A DNA stretch of 64,000 nucleotides from an uncultured Gammaproteobacteria bacterium (GTDB lineage: Bacteria > Patescibacteriota > Microgenomatia > UBA1406 > HO2-37-13b). Both the position numbers and the translations under genes were made by a program. The stretch lies in assembly GCA_964422025.1 (NCBI GenBank), contig CAYQYZ010000001.1, positions 184,200-248,199 on the forward strand, read 5' to 3'. The notes beneath the pieces were generated by a model. The model saw only the letters and a program-made list of their open reading frames with translations, searched no databases and was not told the DNA's origin. Shown piece after piece: positions 46,638-56,814 of this stretch. Every line of letters starts with the position of its first letter. Within the stretch, counting starts at the first letter, position 1.

Positions 46638-47837
46638 ATGCTATTTTCATATAAAGGTCTACAAAATGACAAACCGGTAAAAGGGTCAATTGAAACCGAC
46701 AATGAAACGAAGGTAATTGAATATTTGAGGTCAAAAGATATTACGATTCTTTCAATTCAAAAAAAGAAGGCGGGATTATCATTTAATGACGATGCACTTT
46801 TTGCTCGTGTTTCTTTTAACGACGTTGTTAATTTAACACGCCAATTGTCAATCATGCTTTCTGCCGGACTTTCTGTGGTAGATAGTTTAGACATTCTAAA
46901 AAAACAGGTCGGAAACCCTGCCGTTGTAAAATTAGTTTCAGAAATTGACGATGATGTTCGGTCGGGAATGAGTTTCTCAAGTGCACTTAAACGACACGGA
47001 AACACATTTGGTACTCTCTACATTGCCCTGGTAAAAGCAGGTGAAGCATCGGGAAAACTCGATGAAATTCTACTCAAACTTGCCGAAGGTCTGGAACGAC
47101 GTCGGGCATTTCAAGGAAAGGTAAAAGGAGCACTTATTTATCCGGCAGTCATTGTTACTGTCATGATTGGCGTGATGTTTATTATGATCACGTTTGTAGT
47201 TCCGCAACTTTTAGTATTATATAAAGACTTTAATGCAACACTGCCGTTACCCACTAGGATACTTTTGAGTGTTTCAAGCTTTTTTCAATCCTATTGGTGG
47301 CTTATGATTGCCGGAACCATTTTCGCCTTTGTTTTACTGCGAAATTATTTCCGTACAAAACATGGTCGTGAAGCAATACATTCGATCACATTGAAGATAC
47401 CGATTGTGAAAAATGTTATCCGTATTTCTGCTTTAGTTAATAGCACCCAAACATTAGCCATATTAACGCAATCAGGTGTTTCTATATTGGACTCGCTTGA
47501 TATTGTAGTGGAATCAACTAATAATGTTGTATTTCAGGAATCGTTTAAAAGAATTCGTCAAAAAGTTGAAAAAGGCGACACGTTGGGCAAAGCGTTAGAA
47601 AGTGAAGGGATTTATCCGCCTATTCTAGTTCAAATGACCACGGTCGGAGAACAAACTGGGCATTTAGACGACACGCTTAAGCATTTAGCAGATTATTTTG
47701 AAAGTGAATCTGAATCGGCAATAAAGGCACTCACAACCCTAATAGAGCCTGCTATTTTAGTAGTTCTAGGAGTCGCTGTAGGCTTTATTGTAATTGCGAT
47801 TATCACCCCAATCTTCGGCCTCTCAAATGCGGTCTAG
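46638..47837 (+). CDS. pilC: Type IV pilus inner-membrane platform protein PilC (GspF family)
   Basis: Two GspF repeats with 3 TM segments. 399 aa. Confidence 0.85.
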   Translation: MLFSYKGLQNDKPVKGSIETDNETKVIEYLRSKDITILSIQKKKAGLSFNDDALFARVSFNDVVNLTRQLSIMLSAGLSVVDSLDILKKQVGNPAVVKLVSEIDDDVRSGMSFSSALKRHGNTFGTLYIALVKAGEASGKLDEILLKLAEGLERRRAFQGKVKGALIYPAVIVTVMIGVMFIMITFVVPQLLVLYKDFNATLPLPTRILLSVSSFFQSYWWLMIAGTIFAFVLLRNYFRTKHGREAIHSITLKIPIVKNVIRISALVNSTQTLAILTQSGVSILDSLDIVVESTNNVVFQESFKRIRQKVEKGDTLGKALESEGIYPPILVQMTTVGEQTGHLDDTLKHLADYFESESESAIKALTTLIEPAILVVLGVAVGFIVIAIITPIFGLSNAV

Positions 47838-47924
47838 AATTAATATATTTACTACTTGACAAGTATATCTAATTTGATCTAGTATAGATTTAAAGCACAT
47901 TTACAAATTTTGCTTAATAATAGT

Positions 47925-48470
47925 ATGAAATTATTCAAAAAAGGCAATAAGGGTTTTACACTCATAGAACTCTTGATTGTTATAGGAATCATGGCCATCT
48001 TAGCAGTTGCGGCATTGATTGCGATCAATCCTGGTGAGGCCAACAATAAAGCCCGCGACGTCGAACGATTAAAGGAAGTTGCTGATTTACAGAAAGTCAT
48101 GGAACAGTGGATGCAAGAATCAACGGCAACCACGGCCTTTACATCGATTTCAACCGCAAACGCTGGATCACCGTTATGTAGTGGATCAGGATGGCTTTCG
48201 GCAGCAGGCTTGAACGTGTGTGCCTACGCCAACACACTAGCAGTTGATCCGGTTAATAAGGCAGCCCAAGCGCATCAAAACTCGACTGCCGCTACTACAG
48301 GTACAGTCGCATACGAAGTCACGTATGACGGTGCTCAACATTACCGAATCTGCACACATTTACAATCCCAAGCTAATCGAGCAATGCTTACTTCCGACGG
48401 AGGTATTCATGCTGACGCCTATGAGATTTCAAATGTGACCGCTGGAAACGGATGTACCGTAATTGACTAA
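47925..48470 (+). CDS. Type IV major pilin (PilA-like)
   Basis: KKGNKGFTLIELLIVIGIMAILAVAAL class III leader plus N-terminal helix. Two Cys pairs at the C-terminus. Strong terminator follows. Confidence 0.75.
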   Translation: MKLFKKGNKGFTLIELLIVIGIMAILAVAALIAINPGEANNKARDVERLKEVADLQKVMEQWMQESTATTAFTSISTANAGSPLCSGSGWLSAAGLNVCAYANTLAVDPVNKAAQAHQNSTAATTGTVAYEVTYDGAQHYRICTHLQSQANRAMLTSDGGIHADAYEISNVTAGNGCTVID

Positions 48471-48493
48471 CACTTCTTAGTAAAGCCGAATTG

Positions 48494-48516
48494 TCCCGCC
48501 GCAAGGCGGGATTTTT
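48494..48516 (+). terminator. Rho-independent terminator after the major pilin gene
   Basis: tcccgcc-gcaa-ggcggga stem-loop followed by TTTTT. Confidence 0.7.
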
Positions 48517-48542
48517 CGTGGGCTATGTGATAGACTAATCCA

Positions 48543-50507
48543 ATGAATGTAGTCGTTTTTTTAGTATCGTGGATATTTTTTCTAATCTTTCAAACAACGA
48601 GTATTTATGGTGGCGATGCTGGCGATCTAGTGACTTCTGCTTATTTACATGGCGTAGCACATCCTCCCGGATTTCCACTGTATACATTGTTAGGATTTTT
48701 AGCTAGTAAGCTGCCATTCTCAACGGTAGCGTTTAGAGTAGGATTATTATCCTCGATAGCAGGTGCAGGAGTGATCACTGTGCTATTCATGTTTTTAAGA
48801 GATATTACTAAAGACACTAAGGCGAGTCTGCTTGCTGTGTGCTCGCTTGGAGGTACCTATCTGTTTTGGCTCTATGCATCTGTACCTGAAGTGTTCATGC
48901 TTCATAGCTTCTTTGTCGCGTTGTTAATATATCTTTTATATAAGTGGGACGCTACAAAAAAAGATCGATATATATCTATATTCACACTTGCTCTGGGACT
49001 ATCGCTTTCGCACCATTTACTCACCGCATTTCTGTTACCCGGCCTTATTTATTTTATTGTTTCCAATAAAAAAACACTCCCAAAACTCTCTCCTAAGTAT
49101 ATTGCAAAAAAAATAGGCTTGCTTGCAGCTGGTCTCACACCCTATCTATATATCTTTGCTGCAGCATTCACGATTCCTGCAATAAGTTGGGATAACGTAA
49201 CTACTATTCCAAACTTCTTTAATTTGATTCTACGAAAGACGTATGGAACCTTCCAATCAGGCCCTTCATTTGCTCAAAGCTTTGTTTCTCGCCTTATTCA
49301 ATTCCCATATATGGGGGAATTCATGCTTTCCGATTTTACAGTTGTAGGAGTTTTGCTTGCAATTGTCGGATTTGTGTCTCAATTTAGACTACGCAGAAAA
49401 TTGTGGAATTTTCTCTTCATTCTATTCTTTTTTATTGGACCGTTCTATTTCTTCTATGCATCGTATTACATTATTGATCGCTTTTCTCTAGCTACATTTG
49501 AGCGGTTTTTGCTTCCTTCATATATGATTATCACTATATGGATCGGTGAGGGGATTGTGGCGAGCATGCGCTTCCTAAGTCGATTTTCGAAAAAATCGCT
49601 TGCTCAGGCATTTTATATTCTTTTTCTTATACTCCCCGTTTCACTTTTCTTTATTAATTATCCTAAAGTTTCTGTTCTTAAAAACGATCGAACAGCAGAA
49701 AATCATGCTCATGATATTCTAATAACAGTTCCAAAGAATTCGGTCATGATTCTGCAATACGATACAACTCTCTTTGATACCCAATATGTATATTACACTC
49801 AAAAAGAGCGACCGGATGTTAAGCTAATCCATTTCTCCAAGTTATTCCAAGGCCAATTAACTGATCAAATTACTAAATATTACCCCGAGTTATATCTTCC
49901 CGGTAACGACGAAGAGGAGTTTATGGATGACTTTGTGCGTGAGAATGCAAAAAAATTTCCTATTTATGTGAATAGTCCACTTCCTATTGGGATAAAAGAT
50001 AGTTATTGGGTTCGACAAGGGTTACTCTTTAGATTCTACACTAAAGACACACTTCCACCGGCAAAAGAAATTTTTGCTGAAAATGAACGATTATGGGCAT
50101 TATATTCTGATCCACGTTCGGGAAGTCTTGGAAAATATGAAAACCTAATGCTTTCCAACGTGCTCGACTTTTATAAAGACGCGCGTCTAGAGCTGGGCAA
50201 AATGTATGAAGATGCACAGATGTATGAAAAAGCGCTCGTTCATTACAAACAGGCACAAAGACTGTTGCCTGAACTACCCGAAGGCCCGTATCGCATGGGA
50301 ATTGTGTATGCAAAACAGGGGAAGTGTAAGGAAAGCGAAAAAGAACTTGCGACGGCAATTGCAATCGATCCGAAAAATGCAGATTACTACTTTAGCATGA
50401 GTCAGGTATACAAAAGCTGTTTCAAAGATCTTTCAAAAGCTGCTGCTTACGAAAAAATGTATCAAGAAAAGCAGAACGCTTCGCAAGTACCAGTAGAAGA
50501 ATTATAA
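48543..50507 (+). CDS. GT-C-fold membrane glycosyltransferase-like protein (DUF2723/TMEM260- or PMT-like) with C-terminal TPR repeats
   Basis: ~11 TM segments. N-terminal YGGDAGDLVTSAYLHGVAHPPGFPLY resembles DUF2723/PMT loop 1. C-terminal TPRs (ARLELGKMYEDAQMYEKALVHYKQAQRL...). Confidence 0.55.
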   Translation: MNVVVFLVSWIFFLIFQTTSIYGGDAGDLVTSAYLHGVAHPPGFPLYTLLGFLASKLPFSTVAFRVGLLSSIAGAGVITVLFMFLRDITKDTKASLLAVCSLGGTYLFWLYASVPEVFMLHSFFVALLIYLLYKWDATKKDRYISIFTLALGLSLSHHLLTAFLLPGLIYFIVSNKKTLPKLSPKYIAKKIGLLAAGLTPYLYIFAAAFTIPAISWDNVTTIPNFFNLILRKTYGTFQSGPSFAQSFVSRLIQFPYMGEFMLSDFTVVGVLLAIVGFVSQFRLRRKLWNFLFILFFFIGPFYFFYASYYIIDRFSLATFERFLLPSYMIITIWIGEGIVASMRFLSRFSKKSLAQAFYILFLILPVSLFFINYPKVSVLKNDRTAENHAHDILITVPKNSVMILQYDTTLFDTQYVYYTQKERPDVKLIHFSKLFQGQLTDQITKYYPELYLPGNDEEEFMDDFVRENAKKFPIYVNSPLPIGIKDSYWVRQGLLFRFYTKDTLPPAKEIFAENERLWALYSDPRSGSLGKYENLMLSNVLDFYKDARLELGKMYEDAQMYEKALVHYKQAQRLLPELPEGPYRMGIVYAKQGKCKESEKELATAIAIDPKNADYYFSMSQVYKSCFKDLSKAAAYEKMYQEKQNASQVPVEEL

Positions 50508-52782
50508 TTCCATAACCCGCTATGGAGATGACGGCTGCAAGTGTACTATTCGTAGGCTTATATTCAAAACGCACGGTGTGTTTTCCTGCAGGCAACACAA
50601 TCGCTCGCTGATTTAAATTCGCCGCCAAAATCTCCGTCTGAGCGCCATCTACATATGCCTTCCATCCAGGGTAATATGAATCTGCGACAACGAGGAGACT
50701 TTCGTGTGTATTTGAAGTCGTAATGTGCAGCGACATGTCCGCGTCTTTAGTAATCTCTGTTTCTGAAGGACACATGGAGCTATTTTCACTGCATTCCTTA
50801 TTAAAAGACTTATCGATATTTCGTTCGAGAACTACATTATTTCCCATATTAAAAGGCGCAGAAACAAGCGTTTGTTGAATTGATTCAAGCGTATTAGCAA
50901 CCGAATAGTTATAAACCATGTGAGCCCGGGGAATAAAATGTTCATTTTCGTATACACCGTAAGCGGCAAGATTGCTCGGATTATTAGTAGTAGTGAACCT
51001 TTTTTTGATGGCATTATTTTGAATATTCTCAGGGGCCACCACGTAACGAACAGATGCAAGTCCCATCAAGCGTGCCGATGTAGTTGCAACATTTAATGTA
51101 TTAATTTTCGGCTCATGAATTCCTGCAGAAATGAGCGTGTTATACGCAAGTTGCCGATTTGTAAGTACTTTTCCAACATACGCATCATATTGATCAATGC
51201 CAGTTAGAATATTGTAATTAGGCGAAAGCCAGTTTCGGAAATATACGTAATTATTTTGTTCGCCCCAGCCGTTTTTCAGGAAATAATCAGTCCATGAATA
51301 TGAACCTAGCACAGAGTAAATTCTGCCTGGTGTATTTGATTTTTTTATATATTGTGCAGTTTGTGGATCCGAAAACCATTCTGAAGCTTTTCCAACTAAG
51401 TGATATCCGCACCAAACCATTAATATGTTGCTAATTGAGAGAATAACGAGCGCGATTCCGATTATCGCTCCCGCAGTCTGATTATCGCCTCGTTTGTAGT
51501 TCTTTATTCGATCTAATAATTCATCAAGTCCGATTGCTGCAAGGGTGCAAAGCGAGAATATAAACATAATAATATATCTCGAGGGAACCCGGAATTTGTT
51601 AAACGGTGGCAGCGTATGAATAAAATAAAACGGGGAGTATTTACCCGTCATAAGGAGTGCAGCGGAGATGAGTAAGAGACTTATAACAACGGTTTTTCTG
51701 TTTTTTCGAATCGTAAGAAGCGCAATTCCAGCAAGTAGCAAGGGAATTAATCCGATGTATCCAGTGTTTTCCCAAAAAATACTTCCATTTACTTTATTGT
51801 AGTGTGGGTACGTGCCATCTTTAGGAGACCCGAGCGCAAACGGATCAAGCATTGTCTTAAAATGTTTAATCGGATATGAATATTGAATATTTTCTGCGGG
51901 CGAAAGACCACTTTTTCGAGCGGTGCGATTAATAAGTTCAGATGTTGGAATTACTTGGATTGCACTAAGCGCAAGTGCACCTCCGATGAGAACTCCCATT
52001 ACTAGCGTGCGAAGTATTGTACTTCTCACCCCATCCTCTCTTTCTATCCACGCATCATACACAATATAGAGCGTTACAAAAATCCATGTTATGAATGCAA
52101 TTTGAGCATATCCGGCAAATATTTGTTGCGACATAAGGAGAATAGCCACAAGAGCATAGAACATTTTTTTCGTTGAGAAAAACTTGTCAACCACTAAGAA
52201 AATCCACGGAATGTAACTCGCAGTCAAAATCATATTCTGATGCGAAATATGCGTTATATAAAATCCTGAAAAAGCAAAAGTAATCGATCCTAAAAATGCA
52301 GCCCCGTACGACAGTCTAATATGTCGTAAAAAGAAGTACATTCCAGCAAACGAGAAGAAGTAAATAATAATAAATTGCAAATTAAAAGCGACCAAATGAG
52401 GAAAAAGGGAATAGAGCAATAGCGAAAATCCATTAAAAAAACCCATCTGACTTTCTGCCAGAATTGGAAATCCGGTTCCAATTGCACTTGTCCACCACGG
52501 AATAAATCCTCCATCAATAGCCTGCGACATCAGTAGCTTGACCGGCACATTAAATTGCCACAAATCCGAAACACCAACTTCTGGGGTAACGAAGAGGGAT
52601 AAGTTCGGGTAAAAAAGCGGAAGAAAGAAAATGCAAATAATTGCAAGCCCTATTAAGTTAAGTAGTATATCTGTATAATGTTTCTTCACTGTATGTATCC
52701 TCTCCAGTAATGAAGAGAGGCTCGAGCGAAGATGATATTTTGCTAAGTCAATTGGGGCCCCTGAGGGGTGAATTGCGAGCAA
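50422..52782 (-). CDS. YfhO-family polytopic membrane protein (putative GT-C glycosyltransferase)
   Basis: 786 aa. Many TM helices at the N-terminus, large extracytoplasmic domain, C-terminal TM. Resembles the YfhO architecture. It has an 86-nt convergent overlap with the upstream gene. Confidence 0.5.
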   Translation of the reverse strand: MLAIHPSGAPIDLAKYHLRSSLSSLLERIHTVKKHYTDILLNLIGLAIICIFFLPLFYPNLSLFVTPEVGVSDLWQFNVPVKLLMSQAIDGGFIPWWTSAIGTGFPILAESQMGFFNGFSLLLYSLFPHLVAFNLQFIIIYFFSFAGMYFFLRHIRLSYGAAFLGSITFAFSGFYITHISHQNMILTASYIPWIFLVVDKFFSTKKMFYALVAILLMSQQIFAGYAQIAFITWIFVTLYIVYDAWIEREDGVRSTILRTLVMGVLIGGALALSAIQVIPTSELINRTARKSGLSPAENIQYSYPIKHFKTMLDPFALGSPKDGTYPHYNKVNGSIFWENTGYIGLIPLLLAGIALLTIRKNRKTVVISLLLISAALLMTGKYSPFYFIHTLPPFNKFRVPSRYIIMFIFSLCTLAAIGLDELLDRIKNYKRGDNQTAGAIIGIALVILSISNILMVWCGYHLVGKASEWFSDPQTAQYIKKSNTPGRIYSVLGSYSWTDYFLKNGWGEQNNYVYFRNWLSPNYNILTGIDQYDAYVGKVLTNRQLAYNTLISAGIHEPKINTLNVATTSARLMGLASVRYVVAPENIQNNAIKKRFTTTNNPSNLAAYGVYENEHFIPRAHMVYNYSVANTLESIQQTLVSAPFNMGNNVVLERNIDKSFNKECSENSSMCPSETEITKDADMSLHITTSNTHESLLVVADSYYPGWKAYVDGAQTEILAANLNQRAIVLPAGKHTVRFEYKPTNSTLAAVISIAGYGIIILLLVLAKRSAFLDTFFRKQQLLKDL

Positions 52783-52843
52783 AATACATCATCGAGCGAG
52801 AGAACCTTTCTTCATTGACCTTCTTTATGTTAAACTCTCCTCT

Positions 52844-53581
52844 ATGAGAACCCATTTTATCAAAGAAATCAAACAAATGGAGGACACGCATTGGTGGCAT
52901 CGAGCAAAACGAGAAATTATTGCATCGGTTATTCAAAAGGAAATTGATAAAAGTAAAAAGAAATTGCGAATTCTTGAAATTGGTGCCGGTACCAGTTTGC
53001 TCATTAAAGAATTCATTAACTCCGCAGAGACCTATGCGCTCGATCGCAGCAAAACCGCCCTGTCACTGAGCAAAAAAAATGGTATTGCAAATACGATCCA
53101 CGCAGATCTCGGCACATACACTGGCTTTAAGAAAAACTTTTATGATATTGTTGTTGCTGCCGATGTGTTAGAGCATTTAGAAGACGATTTGGGCGCCGCT
53201 AAGAAAATTTATCAGATGTTAAAAAAAGGCGGTGTTTTTATAATTCATGTTCCAGCTCATAAATCTCTATTTTCATATTGGGACGAATCATTGGGTCATT
53301 TTAGACGGTATGAAAAAAAGGATCTTCAAAAACTTATTAAAAGTTCTGGCTTTAATACATCTTTTCTTTCTTTCCGACTTCCAACTGTGTATCCATTTGT
53401 AAGATTATTTAGAAAATTCTCTAAAGAAACTAAACAGAGAAGAAAATCCGATTTTGAACAATTTTCATTCCTCAATTTTCCACTATATCTATTTACACGA
53501 GTGGAAGATGCTCTTATACGAAGAAAATCTATTAATCCTCCTTTTGGTTTATCGTTATTCGCAATCGCAAAAAAGAAATGA
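52844..53581 (+). CDS. Class I SAM-dependent methyltransferase
   Basis: Motif I LRILEIGAGTSLL, motif II VVAADVLEHLED, motif III GGVFIIHVP. Confidence 0.7.
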   Translation: MRTHFIKEIKQMEDTHWWHRAKREIIASVIQKEIDKSKKKLRILEIGAGTSLLIKEFINSAETYALDRSKTALSLSKKNGIANTIHADLGTYTGFKKNFYDIVVAADVLEHLEDDLGAAKKIYQMLKKGGVFIIHVPAHKSLFSYWDESLGHFRRYEKKDLQKLIKSSGFNTSFLSFRLPTVYPFVRLFRKFSKETKQRRKSDFEQFSFLNFPLYLFTRVEDALIRRKSINPPFGLSLFAIAKKK

Positions 53582-54288
53582 CGCTTTCAGTAATTGTTCC
53601 CGTATTTAACGAACAAGAGCGTTTTAATAATCCAGCAAAGCTACTTTACTCGTATTTACTCAAAACCTTTCCAAAATCTTCCTGGGAGTTAATTTTTGTC
53701 AATGATGGATCAAAAGATAACACGCTAGAATTTCTTAAAGAGTTTACTAAAAACAATCGAAAGTCACTCTACGTAACGTACAAAACAAATAGGGGAAAGG
53801 GGTATGCAATTTCAAAAGGTATTAAAAAAGCCAAAGGAACGTACGTCTTTTTCATGGATATCGATCTGTCGGTTAAACCGAAGGAGTTGCCTAAAGCGCT
53901 AGCAGCATTCAAAAAAAATAAGATGGATGTTGTTATTGGCTCCCGTAGGGTTGAAGGAAGTGTTATTCGCGTTCATCAGCCAAAACTCCGAGAAACCATG
54001 GGGCATTGCTATACTCTGCTAACGACAACACTCTTAGGACTCCCACTCTCTGACCTGACCTGCGGCTTTAAAGGGTTCAAGAAAAAAGTTGCAGAAGATA
54101 TTTTTAGAAAACTCACCGCAACTCGTTGGTCATTTGATGCAGAAGTTCTTTACAAAGCACACAAAAAAGGCTACGCTATATATGAACTGCCCGTAACATG
54201 GGAGCATGTCGGACAATCGAAAGTGAATATGGGTTTTGATGCTGTTCGATCGTTTATAGAAGTTTTAAAAGTAAGATTTCAAAAATGA
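53578..54288 (+). CDS. Family 2 glycosyltransferase (polyprenol-phosphate sugar transferase / DPM1-like)
   Basis: LSVIVPVFNEQE...VNDGSKDNT...DIDLS (DxD). 4-nt overlap with the upstream methyltransferase. Confidence 0.8.
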   Translation: MTLSVIVPVFNEQERFNNPAKLLYSYLLKTFPKSSWELIFVNDGSKDNTLEFLKEFTKNNRKSLYVTYKTNRGKGYAISKGIKKAKGTYVFFMDIDLSVKPKELPKALAAFKKNKMDVVIGSRRVEGSVIRVHQPKLRETMGHCYTLLTTTLLGLPLSDLTCGFKGFKKKVAEDIFRKLTATRWSFDAEVLYKAHKKGYAIYELPVTWEHVGQSKVNMGFDAVRSFIEVLKVRFQK

Positions 54289-54671
54289 ATTTCTCCAAAC
54301 TTCATCATATTGCTATTATTTGCTCTAATTACGAAAGATCTAAAAAATTCTACACAGAAATCCTGGGTTTTAGAATAGTAAATGAAACCTATCGTAAAGA
54401 GCGAAACTCGTATAAGCTCGATTTAGCAATCAATGAGAGTACTCAAATCGAACTCTTTTCATTCCCCAATCCACCGGCTCGTCTAACCCGCCCAGAAGCC
54501 CAAGGTTTGCGTCATATTGCATTCACAGTGGAGAATATAGATTCGGTAGTTAAAGAGCTGAACGATGCAGGAGTAATCACTGAGAATGTACGAGTAGACG
54601 ATACAACAGGAAAACGATTCACATTCTTTTCCGATCCTGATGACTTGCCAATAGAAATCTACGAGGTTTAA
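54285..54671 (+). CDS. VOC-family (glyoxalase/bleomycin-resistance-like) protein
   Basis: LHHIAIICSNYERSKKFYTEILGF...HIAFTVENIDSVVKEL is a paired βαβββ module. Confidence 0.65.
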   Translation: MNFSKLHHIAIICSNYERSKKFYTEILGFRIVNETYRKERNSYKLDLAINESTQIELFSFPNPPARLTRPEAQGLRHIAFTVENIDSVVKELNDAGVITENVRVDDTTGKRFTFFSDPDDLPIEIYEV

Positions 54672-56785
54672 AAGCTTTTCAATTCCCTCTGTACTTCCTC
54701 ATCATTCTTATCAAAAGTATTCAACATATACTGAAACACTGCTACAGCCTCATCCTTACGGCCAAGTTTCTTTAGAATCAATCCTCGTACATAATATCCA
54801 TCGCGATAATCAGATTTCATTTCAATGGCTCGATTAATCGATGTGAGACCGCGATCAGCCAACGACCGTTTTGCTTGTGCTTTATCTTTAAGCTCCTCAT
54901 TATCAAACTTTGCCAGGTAATATACTGCTCGCGAGTAAAGAATTTTAGGGTCTGTGGGAGCCAAAACTTGTGCAGCATCTACCGCCTTATCACTTAGCAC
55001 AAAATATGCCGGATCTAGCGTAATTTGGTAAAACAAATATAAGTTTTTTGCTCTAGTTTTCCAGAAAACCGGATTATACGGGCTTACTGCAAGCGCTTTA
55101 TCACTCATTTTCTCAGAAAGCGCAATAAGGTTCTTTATTTGTTCGTTCTTCTTATTTTCTTCACCCTGATCAAACGATGCTAAAAATGCCAAGTTTGCAT
55201 AGACACCTGAAAGCTTATCCTGATACAACGGCTCGCTTCGTAACGTAAGCGCACGCTCTAAATATACCCGTGACTTTTCATACTCCTGAATTTTCTGAAG
55301 ATTATCACCTTGGGCATAATTAATATCGGCCAATAAATAACTAACTACAAAAATCGCTCCGAAAATACAGGTTAATACCCCGACATATTGCGCTTTGTTC
55401 TTATTATGAGGAATATATTCTGGCAAAACTCGCTCTTGTTTAAGCCACGTGAAAGCAAACAACAACGCAGGGATTAAATAAAAGTAAATACTAATCGTTG
55501 TAGTCGCAAATCCAAAGAAATTGGTTACATGAATTGTTGAATAGGCAATAAGCATGGTGCTGACAAAATAAAAATGGTCATCGTGCTTTTTGCGACGGAT
55601 CAAATAGACCAGAAAATAACCGTATACGGCTCCAATAAGTAGCAGATACGAGCCAAGACCAATAAATCCGCTCGTCGCCAAAATATTCAAAAATTCATTG
55701 TGGGCCCGGTTGTAAATAAAATCCCATTCTGAAGTATTATTGTGTGCTGCTGGACGGGTAAAATAATAGGAATACGCAAATGTTTCGGGTCCTGTTCCCA
55801 AAGCAGGGTGTTTTAATCCTAATTTTATTGCTCCTTCCCACACAATCTTTCGAATATCAAACGATTCGGTTACGCCTGACGGAGCCTGTTGTTCAACCTT
55901 CTTAGTTTGTCCAAATGTTGGAAAGAACCGGTCGATTGATCCAATTCCAGTTTTGAAAAGAACGCAGCAAACAAGTAGCGTTCCTAAAAACAATACAGCC
56001 ATTTGTCGATCTTTTTTATCCTTTTTAGCCCAGAAATAAAGTGTCGTATATCCGGCAAGCCCTAGGAGTACGGCGAGGAGTGCAGATCGGCTTCGAGTAA
56101 ACAATATCGCTACAAAGCTCAAAACACTTAACGCACCATACCACATCCGCTGCCGTGCAACTAAATAATACAAGCTCATGAAGAACGTTACGCTCAAGTA
56201 TGCCCCGAGCCAATTAGGTTGTCCGAGCGTTGAAAACATGCGTACCGCAGGATTAAATTGATCCGTCCAACAGGCATTGTTTAAATTTCCCGTAAAGAGC
56301 AAACAGGTTAAATCATACCCGAGTTTTCCTGAAAGGCCCCACAAAATTACTAGTACGGAGGAGGCAAGCGAATAATGTATCAGTGTATGAACTGCATCAT
56401 CAACATACTCTTGAAATTGGTCGATATGAGAAACGAGTCCATAAAAGAGTACTAGAAAAGCAAAAATCGATAGCAATCCACCATCGAATCGTCCGTAATA
56501 GCCGTAAAACGAGGTGTGCTTATCGATCGAAAACACCGTCGCAAGAGTCTGCACTCCAACAAAGAGTAATAGGAATTTATCAAAAACCGTTCGCTTAAAT
56601 ACAAATTTTCCCGTTCCAATCCACTCATATAGCCACAATGAGAGTACACTTCCCGTGACTGCGTAAATGAACAACATTTTGTTAAACTCAAAAAGTTCGG
56701 ACGTTTTGTGGTACATTAATAGGGGAGTGACAAGAAAAAGGAGCTTGTAGCAAAGAAAGAAAAGTCGGTTAATTCGCGTTTTCAT
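54668..56785 (-). CDS. O-antigen-ligase/Wzy_C-family polytopic membrane protein with C-terminal TPR repeats (candidate O-oligosaccharyltransferase)
   Basis: ~12 TM helices with a Wzy_C-like periplasmic loop region. C-terminal TPRs (RVYLERALTLRSEPLYQDKLSGVYANLAF...). The architecture resembles PglL/PilO-type pilin O-OTases. Confidence 0.55.
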   Translation of the reverse strand: MKTRINRLFFLCYKLLFLVTPLLMYHKTSELFEFNKMLFIYAVTGSVLSLWLYEWIGTGKFVFKRTVFDKFLLLFVGVQTLATVFSIDKHTSFYGYYGRFDGGLLSIFAFLVLFYGLVSHIDQFQEYVDDAVHTLIHYSLASSVLVILWGLSGKLGYDLTCLLFTGNLNNACWTDQFNPAVRMFSTLGQPNWLGAYLSVTFFMSLYYLVARQRMWYGALSVLSFVAILFTRSRSALLAVLLGLAGYTTLYFWAKKDKKDRQMAVLFLGTLLVCCVLFKTGIGSIDRFFPTFGQTKKVEQQAPSGVTESFDIRKIVWEGAIKLGLKHPALGTGPETFAYSYYFTRPAAHNNTSEWDFIYNRAHNEFLNILATSGFIGLGSYLLLIGAVYGYFLVYLIRRKKHDDHFYFVSTMLIAYSTIHVTNFFGFATTTISIYFYLIPALLFAFTWLKQERVLPEYIPHNKNKAQYVGVLTCIFGAIFVVSYLLADINYAQGDNLQKIQEYEKSRVYLERALTLRSEPLYQDKLSGVYANLAFLASFDQGEENKKNEQIKNLIALSEKMSDKALAVSPYNPVFWKTRAKNLYLFYQITLDPAYFVLSDKAVDAAQVLAPTDPKILYSRAVYYLAKFDNEELKDKAQAKRSLADRGLTSINRAIEMKSDYRDGYYVRGLILKKLGRKDEAVAVFQYMLNTFDKNDEEVQRELKSF

Positions 56786-56814
56786 ACTCGAGATGATTTA
56801 ATTATATACTACCT

